From Chloroflexota bacterium (GTDB taxonomy: Bacteria > Chloroflexota > Ktedonobacteria > Ktedonobacterales > Ktedonobacteraceae): a DNA stretch of 24,747 bases. Numbering within the stretch: the stretch's first letter is position 1; every line of letters begins with the position of its first letter. Below are positions 8,029-17,442 of this stretch, piece by piece. Both the position numbers and the translations under genes were made by a program. The DNA is taken from positions 1 through 24,747 of the forward strand of contig JBKPBA010000498.1 in assembly GCA_046726675.1 (NCBI GenBank), in the 5' to 3' direction. Under the pieces are notes generated by a model, which did no database searches, was not told where the DNA came from, and saw only the letters and a list, made by a program, of their open reading frames with translations.

Positions 8029-9336
8029 ATGAAACAGATCAACACGGCCAAGCTGAAACTGCATACGGATGACTTTCAGTTCGCTGCTTTGAGAAAAACG
8101 CAACTGGCGTATCGCGATGCCTTGAACTATGTGAGTCAGTACAATTTTACGCATGGCAAGTTGAGTAACCAGCGAGCTTTGCAGCGTGACTGCTACGATG
8201 TGATACGCTTGACGTATGGGTTGCCCGCTCAAATGGCCTGCAACGTTCCCCGCCAGGTCGGGGCCACCTACAAGACGCTCTGGACAAAGGTGAAGCACAA
8301 TGCCGAGGCACGCAAGGCGGGCCGGACCAAGAAACGTTACAAGGGTCTCGACCAGGCTCCCAAGTATGTCTCTCCGACGCTCACCTACAACTACCACCGT
8401 GACTACAGTCTGAAGCCTGAGCACCAGATGAGCATCCTCACGCTGGATGGGCGCGTGATTGTGCCCTACACGGGGTACAGCAAGCACGTGGCGTTCCTTC
8501 AGCAGAGAGCCCACATTGGAGCCGCCAAGCTGTGGTATGACAAGCCCCGCAAGCAGTTTTACCTGCTCGTGACCCTTGAGCTTGAAGTAGCAGACCCCCA
8601 ACCTGAAAGCCATAAGCAGGTGGTTGGCGTCGATGTGGGGCAACGCTATCTTGCAGTCACTGCTACCCCAACGAATGATGCATCCTTCTATTCTGGTAAA
8701 CAGGTTCGAGCCAAAGCTGACCATTATGCGCGACTGAGAAAACGGTTGCAGAAGAAAGGCACTCGTTCCGCCACACGACGCTTGCTCGTGATTAGTGGAC
8801 GAGAGAGACGGTTGAAACAAGACCGCAACCATCTGATCAGTCGACGCATTGTGGACGAGCACCCACAGAGCATCATCGGACTGGAAGACTTGACACACAT
8901 CCGTGAACGAACCAGGAGGAAACGAGGCCGATCCGCGAGCAAGAAGCAGAGACGAGCAAACCGTCATGCCTCCAGTTGGGCTTTTGCTGAACTGCATGGC
9001 TACATTGCCTATAAAGCCACGCTTGCGGGCAGTATGGCCGTGAAAGTGGATGCCAACTCCACTAGTAAAGCGTGTCCGATGTGTGGATACACCAGCGATG
9101 CGAACCGTCCCAACAAGGGTTTGCTGTTTGTCTGTCAGAACTGTTCTTACAGCCTCCATGCAGACCTGATTGGTGCGCGTAACGTTGTACTCAGAACGCT
9201 GCTTGTCCGGCAAGACTGGACGAGCACGGGGCACTTGTCGATTGCCCCTGATGTGTCGTGCAATGAAGCCAAAGCTGCACGCCTGCAAAGGTATGCAGAA
9301 TTGCGGTGGAGCATAGATACAAGCCTCTGCCTTTAG
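8029..9336 (+). CDS. tnpB: RNA-guided endonuclease TnpB (435 aa)
   Basis: RuvC-I VVGVDVG, RuvC-II IGLEDL, Zn finger CPMCG..CQNC, RuvC-III HADLIGARN; start moved from 7780 (would overlap the T-box) to ATG 8029. Confidence 0.9.
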   Translation: MKQINTAKLKLHTDDFQFAALRKTQLAYRDALNYVSQYNFTHGKLSNQRALQRDCYDVIRLTYGLPAQMACNVPRQVGATYKTLWTKVKHNAEARKAGRTKKRYKGLDQAPKYVSPTLTYNYHRDYSLKPEHQMSILTLDGRVIVPYTGYSKHVAFLQQRAHIGAAKLWYDKPRKQFYLLVTLELEVADPQPESHKQVVGVDVGQRYLAVTATPTNDASFYSGKQVRAKADHYARLRKRLQKKGTRSATRRLLVISGRERRLKQDRNHLISRRIVDEHPQSIIGLEDLTHIRERTRRKRGRSASKKQRRANRHASSWAFAELHGYIAYKATLAGSMAVKVDANSTSKACPMCGYTSDANRPNKGLLFVCQNCSYSLHADLIGARNVVLRTLLVRQDWTSTGHLSIAPDVSCNEAKAARLQRYAELRWSIDTSLCL

Positions 9337-9352
9337 GCATGGGGTAATTGAC

Positions 9353-9382
9353 TTGGCACTCTCTTATCATGTCAGTTACAAT
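9353..9382 (+). promoter_or_regulatory. Candidate promoter of the men operon
   Basis: TTGGCA (9353-9358), 18-bp spacer, TACAAT (9377-9382), about 70 nt upstream of menF. Confidence 0.4.
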
Positions 9383-9455
9383 ATATACAGAACATAGCTG
9401 ACTTTACTTTGGGCTATACTCAGCCCATTTTTTATGTAGCGAGCTAAACAGAAGT

Positions 9456-10955
9456 ATGAATGTAGAAATATCCAATCCGCTTAAAGCGCGAAAATCGACT
9501 GAGGTTGGGCAATTGCCCTTTACCATTGACCATGAAGTGCTTATCAAAATCCTACAGGAAGCAGCCACGCGTTCTATTCAACACCAACGAACGATCCTTG
9601 CTAGCTTCACACAACAGATTGAGTGGCACGATACAATCCAGGCCTTCAGCGGTGCCAGGCAGGCGAGGTTAGGAGAGTGCTTTTTCTGGGAGCAGCCAGC
9701 AGAGCAAACTACGCTCATAGGTATAGGTGCGGTGACAACCATTGAAACCAATGGAAGTACATGCTTTACAGATTCGGCCTCAGCCTGGCGTGCCTTGATG
9801 AATGATGCTGGCATCTCATACGCACCAGAAACAGAGCCCACACCTGGCAGTGGCCCTGTACTCTTCGGTGGATTTGCCTTTGATACACTATCTCCATGTA
9901 CCCAACTCTGGTCCGAATTCCCAGGTGGGCTGCTCATTTTACCCCGCTTTCTATTGAGCTACAATGTCAATCATGTCACTCTCACCATAAATTGTATGAT
10001 CCAGGCAACTGATACTATTGAGTTGAACGCGCAAAAGATTGAAGAAGATCTAAGAAAGCTACAAACCGCCATAGAACATAGCTCAAACATACCTCGAGAG
10101 CACCCTTCTACTCAGTTCTCCATACACGAAAGACGACCCGCCTCAGAATGGATGGCAATGGTGGCAAATGTTGTCGAAAGAATTCGGCAAGGAACATTTG
10201 AGAAGGTCGTGCTCGCGCGTGACATCCAGTTAGTGCTTGATGATCCTACGGAGACGTTTGATATCACTCTCACACTCCAAAAATTGCGCGAAAGCTATCC
10301 AGGTGCTTACATCTTTGCCATACAACGCGGAGAGCGCTTCTTCGTTGGCGCAACTCCCGAACGGCTCGTACTGGCCCAGGATGGACAAATACACACGATG
10401 GCGCTGGCAGGATCAGTACGACGTGGCGAAACTGAATTGGAAGACATGCAACTTGGTGTAGAGCTTTTACACAGTGAGAAAAATATTAATGAACATGTCA
10501 TTGTCGTAGCAATGGTGCTGGAAGCACTGAAGAATCACTGCACAAACGTGCATGTCTCTACTACGCCTCAGTTGCTAAAGCTAAAGAATCTACAGCACCT
10601 GCAAACCCCCATCACTGGTGATCTCATCCCTGGACGATGCATTCTTGACGTTATGGCAGACTTGCACCCCACACCCGCAGTTGGCGGTTTCCCGCGCGAG
10701 GCTGCTCTCGAAGAGATACGCAACACCGAAAAGCTAGATAGGGGCTGGTATGCTGGACCGCTGGGCTGGATTGGCGCAAGCGGCCATGGTGAGTTTGCCG
10801 TTGCGTTGCGTTCCGGACTGGTCGATGGCTCAACAGCTACACTCTTTGCAGGATGCGGCATCGTTTCAGACTCTGAACCTCAGATTGAGTATGCAGAGTC
10901 CTGGTGGAAATTTCAAGTGATGCTGCGTGGCCTGGGTGGCAGAAATCAAGGGTAA
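9456..10955 (+). CDS. menF: Isochorismate synthase
   Basis: FEKVVLARD, FVGATPERL, ALAGS, SEKNINEH, HLQTPI, LHPTPAVGGFP, LDRGWYAGP, EFAVALRSG, FAGCGIV; first gene of the men cluster. Confidence 0.95.
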   Translation: MNVEISNPLKARKSTEVGQLPFTIDHEVLIKILQEAATRSIQHQRTILASFTQQIEWHDTIQAFSGARQARLGECFFWEQPAEQTTLIGIGAVTTIETNGSTCFTDSASAWRALMNDAGISYAPETEPTPGSGPVLFGGFAFDTLSPCTQLWSEFPGGLLILPRFLLSYNVNHVTLTINCMIQATDTIELNAQKIEEDLRKLQTAIEHSSNIPREHPSTQFSIHERRPASEWMAMVANVVERIRQGTFEKVVLARDIQLVLDDPTETFDITLTLQKLRESYPGAYIFAIQRGERFFVGATPERLVLAQDGQIHTMALAGSVRRGETELEDMQLGVELLHSEKNINEHVIVVAMVLEALKNHCTNVHVSTTPQLLKLKNLQHLQTPITGDLIPGRCILDVMADLHPTPAVGGFPREAALEEIRNTEKLDRGWYAGPLGWIGASGHGEFAVALRSGLVDGSTATLFAGCGIVSDSEPQIEYAESWWKFQVMLRGLGGRNQG

Positions 10956-10960
10956 AGAAT

Positions 10961-12799
10961 ATGCCAAATGTACCTACCATGAAACATGACTCTGCAAACC
11001 CTGCTTATATCTATGCCGTTGCGTTTGTTGATGAGTTACAGCGAGCTGGTATACGAAACGTCGTAATTTGTCCTGGTTCCCGTTCGACCCCTCTAGCCAT
11101 GGCTTTTGTTGCCCAAACAGCTATTCATACCTGGATGCACGTGGATGAGCGTTCAGCAGCTTTCTTCGGGCTGGGGATGGCAAAACAGTTGCGTAAACCA
11201 GTCGCCCTGCTGTGTACATCGGGAACAGCAGCAGCGAACTTTTTGCCCGCACTTGTCGAAGCAAAATTAAGCCATATTCCTCTGCTGGTACTGACAGCAG
11301 ATCGCCCTCATGAACTGCGTGATAATGGTGCGCCACAAAGCATCGATCAGAATCGGCTTTATGGAACTTATGCGAAATGGTTTGTTGAGGTAGCTCTTCC
11401 CGAAGCAACAGATGCAGCTCTTCGCTATATTCGTACTACTGCAGACCGTGCCGCCGCCGCTGCTCAAAGCATTCCCGCAGGTCCGGTGCATCTTAATTTC
11501 CCATTCCGTGAGCCATTAACACCTGAGCCAATTCCTGGTCAGTTTCTGCCTCCAGTCGAACAGCGTGATCTCGTTGCCTGGCAGGGAAGACCAGGCAATG
11601 CTCCTTACATCGAAGTTCGCGATGCACCGCTAGACGCACCTGAGGCCATTACTATAGGAAATTCATTGAGTATGGTGTATGAAGCGCAACACGGACTTAT
11701 CATCGTTGGTCCAAACGACGATCCCACACTGGAAGAACCACTTTTGCGGCTGGCACAGTACCTTGGCTATCCTATTTTAGCTGATCCCCTTTCGCAACTG
11801 CGATGTGGAGCCTATAATCGAAGTATGGTACTTTCAAGTTACGATGCTTTCTTGCGTATCGACTCCTTTATCGAAAGCGTCCAACCAGAGCTGATACTCC
11901 GCTTTGGCGCAATGCCAATATCCAAACCCCTGCTGCTCTACCTGAAACGCTATGCCTCTTGTCCCCTTGTGGTCATCGATAGCAATGGCGGTTGGGAGGA
12001 ACCAACGCAACTTGCGAGCCAACTCATTCATACCAATCCAACTGCTCTGTGCCAGGATCTCTTCACCTCGCTTGTTCAACACAAAACAAGTGAAGAAAGA
12101 CCTTCAGTCGTGTCTCAAACATGGTTAAACTTATGGCAAGATACAGACAAAATCACACAGCAGGCATTACAGAATGCCATCTATGATTTCAACGAACTCT
12201 TTGAAGGAAGAGTTTTTAGCGAACTGACCAATCTGTTACCGGATGGTGCAATACTCTACATAGGTAACCGCATGCCTGTGCGAGATCTAGATACCTTTTT
12301 TTGGTCCAGCGAAAAATGTATACGCATCATGGGCAACCGTGGGGCAAGCGGCATTGATGGCATTATCTCCAGCGCCCTTGGCACAAGCGCTGTAGCCGGA
12401 CAGCATGAACCATCGGTCCTGGTACTTGGTGATCTCTCGTTCTTCCATGATCTTAATGGACTACTCGCTGCCCGATTACACCAATTGAACCTGACCATCA
12501 TTCTGATCAATAACGACGGGGGAGGCATCTTCTCTTTCCTGCCCCAGGCTGCTTATCCAGAACATTTTGAACAACTTTTCGGCACACCAACAGGCCTGGA
12601 TTTTAGTCTTGTGGTAGAAATGTACGGTGGACGATTCCAAAGAGTTGATAGCTGGGAGTTGTTTCACAAAGCAGTGAATCAGGGACTACATACTGGCGGT
12701 TTACATGTGATCGAGATACCTGCCGAACGAACAAGCAATGTCAAAATGCACCGGCAACTCTGGGAGGTAGTCAATGAAGCCATCGGTAAGTGTCAGTGA
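10961..12799 (+). CDS. menD: SEPHCHC synthase (ThDP-dependent)
   Basis: ICPGSRSTPL, VDERSAAFFGLG, CTSGTAAAN, LTADRPHEL, GPVHLNFPFREPL, NRGASGIDG, GDLSFFHD, NNDGGGIF; start at 10961 or 10979. Confidence 0.97.
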   Translation: MPNVPTMKHDSANPAYIYAVAFVDELQRAGIRNVVICPGSRSTPLAMAFVAQTAIHTWMHVDERSAAFFGLGMAKQLRKPVALLCTSGTAAANFLPALVEAKLSHIPLLVLTADRPHELRDNGAPQSIDQNRLYGTYAKWFVEVALPEATDAALRYIRTTADRAAAAAQSIPAGPVHLNFPFREPLTPEPIPGQFLPPVEQRDLVAWQGRPGNAPYIEVRDAPLDAPEAITIGNSLSMVYEAQHGLIIVGPNDDPTLEEPLLRLAQYLGYPILADPLSQLRCGAYNRSMVLSSYDAFLRIDSFIESVQPELILRFGAMPISKPLLLYLKRYASCPLVVIDSNGGWEEPTQLASQLIHTNPTALCQDLFTSLVQHKTSEERPSVVSQTWLNLWQDTDKITQQALQNAIYDFNELFEGRVFSELTNLLPDGAILYIGNRMPVRDLDTFFWSSEKCIRIMGNRGASGIDGIISSALGTSAVAGQHEPSVLVLGDLSFFHDLNGLLAARLHQLNLTIILINNDGGGIFSFLPQAAYPEHFEQLFGTPTGLDFSLVVEMYGGRFQRVDSWELFHKAVNQGLHTGGLHVIEIPAERTSNVKMHRQLWEVVNEAIGKCQ

Positions 12800-12811
12800 G
12801 AGAGTGTGATT

Positions 12812-13687
12812 ATGGCGAGAACTATTGTGCAGGTGAATGGTATAAGGCTTGGAGTTGAACAGCGCGGTGTAGGGGCTCGATTTATCGAGCCCCAAAACGG
12901 CCAAGAGATACCTCATACGCTCGTTTTGTTGCATGGCTTTACAGGAAGTGCGGCTGGTTGGGGACATCTGTTAGATATACTGGCTGACTATGGTTTGCGC
13001 ATAATCGCCATTGATCTGCCTGGCCATGGACAATCCGATGCTCCAGATGATCCACAGCGTTACGCAATCGAGCGCTGCCAACAAGATATCCTGGCAGCAT
13101 TACAAGAGTTGGGTGTAAGCAAGGGTCAGGCTATCATCCTTGGCTATTCGATGGGTGGACGTATAGCGCTCTACACAGTATTCTCAGGATTCTTTCGTGC
13201 CCTCATCCTGGAAAGCTCTTCGCCTGGATTGGAAAACCCTGCTGAACGCGAACAGCGACGCGTCAACGACGAAGCGCTGGCTGCAAGCATCGAGCGCGAA
13301 GGAGTCCCAGCGTTCATCGAGCGTTGGGAAAATCTACCATTGTTTGCCAGCCAGAGGACACTAGCGTGTGAATGCAGGGAGGCGCTACATAGACAGCGCC
13401 TGCAAAATAGCGCTACGGGTCTGGCTCAGAGCTTGCGTGGCGTAGGTACAGGTGTCCAGCCATCCCTCTATACTCGACTGCCAACGCTGCATATACCTGT
13501 CCTGCTGATTGTTGGCGCACTCGATACAAAATTCACAGCGATTGCAAGACGCATGGCCCAGGCGCTACCGCAATCACAACTGCATATAGTACCTGCTGCT
13601 GGCCACACAGTTCATCTGGAACAGCCACAGCTATTCGCTTCCCTGGTAGGAGATTTCAGCTTAATATTGACCCGTCCTTTATCATGA
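12812..13687 (+). CDS. menH: SHCHC synthase (alpha/beta hydrolase)
   Basis: LHGFTGS, DLPGHG, GYSMGGRIAL, SPGL, FIERWENLPLF, GHTVHLEQP; located between menD and menB. Confidence 0.92.
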   Translation: MARTIVQVNGIRLGVEQRGVGARFIEPQNGQEIPHTLVLLHGFTGSAAGWGHLLDILADYGLRIIAIDLPGHGQSDAPDDPQRYAIERCQQDILAALQELGVSKGQAIILGYSMGGRIALYTVFSGFFRALILESSSPGLENPAEREQRRVNDEALAASIEREGVPAFIERWENLPLFASQRTLACECREALHRQRLQNSATGLAQSLRGVGTGVQPSLYTRLPTLHIPVLLIVGALDTKFTAIARRMAQALPQSQLHIVPAAGHTVHLEQPQLFASLVGDFSLILTRPLS

Positions 13688-13695
13688 GATTGAGC

Positions 13696-13785
13696 GGGGT
13701 TCAGGGGCAGCCGCCCCTGACGGGGTGTGGGGTGTCCCCACCACCTCTTTCTCCCCTCGCCGCCGTAGGCGCGAGCAAAGAAAAA
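13696..13785 (+). repeat. Multi-hairpin GC-rich intergenic element
   Basis: TCAGGGGC-AGCC-GCCCCTGA (13701-13720), GGGG...CCCC (13722-13739) and CTCGC-C-GCC-GTA-GGC-GCGAG (13756-13775) hairpins between menH and menB; only one copy in the window. Confidence 0.55.
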
Positions 13786-13825
13786 TTATGCAAATAGAGC
13801 ATAGCAAAAACAAAAGGAGAAATAC

Positions 13826-14644
13826 ATGCAAGTAGAATGGGAAAAAGTCCGCGATTATTCAGACATTATCTTTGAAAAAGCAGAAGGAATGGGAAAAATT
13901 ACCATCAATCGCCCCGAAGTACGGAACGCCTTCCGGCCAGAAACGCTCACAGAACTGATAGACGCCTTCAACACCTGTCGTGAAGACCCACAGATCGGCG
14001 TAGTCATCCTCACAGGCGCAGGTGACAAGGCATTCTGCTCAGGCGGCGATCAGCGCATTCGAGGACACGGAGGCTACGTCGGCAGCGATGGTGTACCTCG
14101 TTTGAACGCCCTCGACTTACAGAAGGTTATTAAGTACCTTCCCAAACCAGTCATCGCTATGGTTGCAGGCTATGCTATTGGAGGCGGGCACGTGCTACAC
14201 TTGCTCTGTGATCTGACCATCGCCGCTGACAATGCTCGGTTCGGACAGACTGGTCCCAAAGTTGGCAGTTTTGATGCAGGCTGGGGAGCTACATATATGG
14301 CACGTGTCGTCGGTCACAAAAAAGCCCGTGAGATTTGGTATCTCTGCAGGCAATACTCTGCCCAGGAGGCGCTGGATATGGGACTGGTAAACACCGTGGT
14401 GCCTTTGGAACGCCTGGAAGAAGAGACAATACAATGGGCACAGGAGATACTGGAGAAAAGCCCACTTGCCCTGCGCTTCCTCAAAGCTGCTTTCAATGCT
14501 GATACCGATGGCCTGGCGGGTATTCAAGAGCTGGCTGGTGATGCAACGATGCTCTATTACATGACTGAAGAGGGTCAGGAGGGGAGAAATGCCTTCCTAG
14601 AGAAGCGCAAGCCCGATTTCTCCAGGTTCCCGCGTTTGCCATAG
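13826..14644 (+). CDS. menB: 1,4-dihydroxy-2-naphthoyl-CoA synthase
   Basis: [64 protein letters not shown]; AAAGGAG upstream. Confidence 0.98.
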   Translation: MQVEWEKVRDYSDIIFEKAEGMGKITINRPEVRNAFRPETLTELIDAFNTCREDPQIGVVILTGAGDKAFCSGGDQRIRGHGGYVGSDGVPRLNALDLQKVIKYLPKPVIAMVAGYAIGGGHVLHLLCDLTIAADNARFGQTGPKVGSFDAGWGATYMARVVGHKKAREIWYLCRQYSAQEALDMGLVNTVVPLERLEEETIQWAQEILEKSPLALRFLKAAFNADTDGLAGIQELAGDATMLYYMTEEGQEGRNAFLEKRKPDFSRFPRLP

Positions 14645-14678
14645 TAGTCCGTCAAGCTACATGTGGTGGTTGGGAACC

Positions 14679-14703
14679 TGGCACCCGCATGGGGTGCCAC
14701 TAC
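14679..14703 (-). repeat. GTAG-type REP-like palindrome
   Basis: Minus strand GTAG-TGGCACCCCATGCGGGTGCCA in the menB-menC gap. Confidence 0.7.
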
Positions 14704-14726
14704 ATTTCTGCCGATCAAACGAAGCT

Positions 14727-14735
14727 TGATACAAT
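14727..14735 (+). promoter_or_regulatory. Candidate extended -10 internal promoter upstream of menC
   Basis: TG-A-TACAAT 18 nt before the menC ATG; no clear -35. Confidence 0.35.
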
Positions 14736-14753
14736 GGTAGGTACACCAACCGT

Positions 14754-15872
14754 ATGAAAATCATTGATCTTCAGTGGCATATTTATCGCCTGCCATTCCT
14801 CCACAAGTTCAATACCGCTCATGGTGAAATGGACACCCGTGAGGGAATCATTGTACAGGTGACTACCAATGAGGGAATCTCAGGTATTGGAGAGATAGCT
14901 CCGCTCCCAACTTTCATTGGGGGCAGCCTTGCTGATGCCTGTTCACTCCTTCCAATACTGGCTGGTCGCCTCCGCCATAAAACACTTCGCGAAGCGTTGG
15001 AGCTCCTCGCCGCAGAGAAGGTACATCCATAGACCGCCTCTACACTTTGCGGATTGGAAATTGCTCTGCTTGATGCGCTAGGCAAAGCAACAAATTGCTG
15101 TGTCTCAACACTGCTCTCACCGGCCGATTTTGCACCACGAGCAGCCGTGCCGGTCAATGCAGTTATCAGCGCTAAAGCAACGAAAGAAGCAGCCGAGACC
15201 GCACTAAACGCCAAAAAGAACGGCTTTCTCTGTGTAAAGCTAAAAGTTGGCCTGGGATTCAGCGCCCACGAAGAGTTAGAGCGTATAGCGGCGGTGCGTG
15301 ATGCCATCGGACCAACACTGCATCTCCGCCTGGATGCGAATGAGGCCTGGCAGCTTGAGGAGGCAATCGCTATCCTCTCTCAATGTGTGGCATACGACAT
15401 TCAGTATGTCGAACAGCCCCTCAAGGCACATGACCTTGTGGGAATGCGTACACTTCGTCAGGCCATACCTATTCCGATTGCAGTTGACGAAGCAGTACAC
15501 AGCCTTGAGAGCGCCTATCGTATCCTCGATAGCGAGGTAGCTGATATCCTTGTAATCAAGCCTCAATTTGCTGGGGGTCTACGTATTGGACAGCAGATGA
15601 TTAAGGCAGCATCAGAGAGAGGAGTAAGCAGTGTCATTACAAGTACAATCGAAGCGGGCATTGGTTTGGTAGCCGAGTTGCACCTCGCCGCTGCATCACC
15701 TGCTGTAACGCTTGAATGTGGCCTTGCAACGCTTCCCCTATTGGCTGACGATCTTCTCACTGAAGAGTTGCTCGTTCACGATGGTTTCCTGGCAGTTCCA
15801 ACTGGCCCTGGCTTAGGCGTTGAACTGGACAGGCAAGCATTAGACAGGTATTTGAGAAGAGGTTTTGATTGA
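14754..15872 (+). pseudogene. menC: o-succinylbenzoate synthase interrupted by one in-frame TAG (15030-15032)
   Basis: ORFs 14754-15032 and 15054-15872 are in the same frame and read continuously (KVHP*TASTLCGLEIALLDALG); capping domain plus barrel with KLKVG, LRLDANEAW, YVEQP, IAVDEA, IKP intact. Pseudogene status uncertain. Confidence 0.75.
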
Positions 15873-17404
15873 ATACATCCGACATCTTTCTACCCAATTG
15901 GCTGACACGTTGCACCGAAAATCACCCGGAGCGCAACGCAGTGCAATGCGACCAGGTGCAATGGAGCTTTGCGGAGCTTGATTGTCAAGCATCCAGGATT
16001 GCACGACAGCTTGCTACTTTAGGTATACAGGAGGGTAGTCGTATTGCCCTGCTGGCCGCGAATGGCCTACCCTACGTCGCATTTGTACACGCACTGGCAC
16101 GTCTTGGAGCTATCCTTGTGCCTCTTAATGTTCGCTTGACGCTGCAAGAGCTATACTGGCAGCTTCGTGATGTGCGTGCATCGCTACTCGTCTGTGATGC
16201 AGACTATGCAAGCCTGGCACAGGAGATTATAGGAATGGTTCCACAACTCCCTCTTGCTACCTTGGTCACCATTTCTAGAAGTGGCGAAACGGTGATAAGC
16301 GATCTTCAGGAAGACGATGTTCCTCTGCGCACCCTCATTGATCTCAAAAAGCCACAGGCCATTATCTACACATCTGGTACTACTGGTCAGCCGAAAGGCG
16401 CGATCATTACATATGGCATGCAATGGTGGAATGCCATAGGATCAGCGCTCAATCTCGGGCATAGTCCCGACGATCGCTGGCTCGCTTGTCTGCCATTCTT
16501 CCACATTGGTGGCCTCTCCATTCTGATGCGCAGCGTCATCTATGGTAACAGCGTAATGGTACACAAAAAATTTGATCCCGCGATCATCAATCAAGCCATA
16601 TTGGAGGATAAAATAACCATTATCTCTGTAGTCGCTGTGATGCTACAACGTATGCTCAATGACCTTGATAGCAAAGCAGCCAATTATCCCTCAACGTTGC
16701 ATTGTATATTACTCGGTGGGGGTACCGCTCCATATCCTCTCCTTGAAGCATGTATACTTCGTAACGTTCCAGTCGTTCAGACGTATGGTCTAACCGAAGC
16801 CTGTTCGCAAGCTGTGACTCTTTCCCCAGCAGATGCAATACGCAAGATCGGTTCTGCAGGGCGTCCACTCCTTCCAGTCCAGCTACGCATTATGAATGAT
16901 GATAAGCCAGCCTTGCCTGACGAGCATGGTGAGATTTTTCTCAAAGGGCCAACTATCACCCCGGGCTATATAGACAGACCGGAGGCAACATCTCAGGCTT
17001 TTCAAGACGGCTGGTTCGCCACAGGCGACATCGGTTATCTTGATGACGATGGATACCTCTATGTACTCGACCGCAGAGCTGACCTTATTATTTCCGGTGG
17101 AGAAAACATATATCCTGCCGAGATTGAATCTGTCCTTCAATCTCATCCCTCCGTAGAAGAAGCAGGCGTCTGTGGACAAGCAGACCCACAATGGGGTCAG
17201 GTACCCATTGCCTTTGTCGTACTCAAATCCGATAGCTCTGTCAATGTCGAAGAGTTGCTAAGCTATACAGCACAAAAACTGGCTGGTTATAAACAACCCA
17301 GAGCCATCTACTTTACCGAACAGTTACCACATACATCATCAGGAAAACTTGTACGCCGCGAACTATCTCGATTGCTTCAAACCGGGCACAAGAGAACAGA
17401 GTAA
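15869..17404 (+). CDS. menE: o-succinylbenzoate--CoA ligase
   Basis: TTG start overlapping the menC TGA; YTSGTTGQPKG, LPFFHIGGL, TYGLTE, TGDIG, RADLIISGGENIYPAEIE. Confidence 0.93.
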   Translation: MNTSDIFLPNWLTRCTENHPERNAVQCDQVQWSFAELDCQASRIARQLATLGIQEGSRIALLAANGLPYVAFVHALARLGAILVPLNVRLTLQELYWQLRDVRASLLVCDADYASLAQEIIGMVPQLPLATLVTISRSGETVISDLQEDDVPLRTLIDLKKPQAIIYTSGTTGQPKGAIITYGMQWWNAIGSALNLGHSPDDRWLACLPFFHIGGLSILMRSVIYGNSVMVHKKFDPAIINQAILEDKITIISVVAVMLQRMLNDLDSKAANYPSTLHCILLGGGTAPYPLLEACILRNVPVVQTYGLTEACSQAVTLSPADAIRKIGSAGRPLLPVQLRIMNDDKPALPDEHGEIFLKGPTITPGYIDRPEATSQAFQDGWFATGDIGYLDDDGYLYVLDRRADLIISGGENIYPAEIESVLQSHPSVEEAGVCGQADPQWGQVPIAFVVLKSDSSVNVEELLSYTAQKLAGYKQPRAIYFTEQLPHTSSGKLVRRELSRLLQTGHKRTE

Positions 17405-17442
17405 GAGAGAACTACATCATTCAATCTATGTACCGACTCGGC

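Larger units (their letters stand above)
7933..9352 (+). mobile_element. tnpB-only IS200/IS605-family element (IS1341-like)
   Basis: Similar subterminal hairpins at left (CCTCTGCTTTCTAAGCATAAGGAGGAATTG, 7938-7967) and right (CCTCTGCCTTTAGGCATGGGGTAATTGAC, ending 9352); no tnpA. Left boundary approximate. Confidence 0.75.

Noticed and set aside
7948-9288. 446-aa minus-strand ORF
   Set aside because: Antisense shadow of tnpB with no recognisable motifs.
7965-9359. TTGGCAC present near both ends of the first tnpB element (7965-7971 and 9353-9359) as a possible target duplication
   Set aside because: IS200/IS605 elements do not duplicate targets and the left copy lies inside the left-end region; treated as chance.
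15030-15032. Pyrrolysine or genome-wide TAG reassignment as the explanation for the menC stop
   Set aside because: TAG terminates menB, both tnpB genes and the PaaG-like gene normally; the position is not catalytic; no pyl genes in the window.
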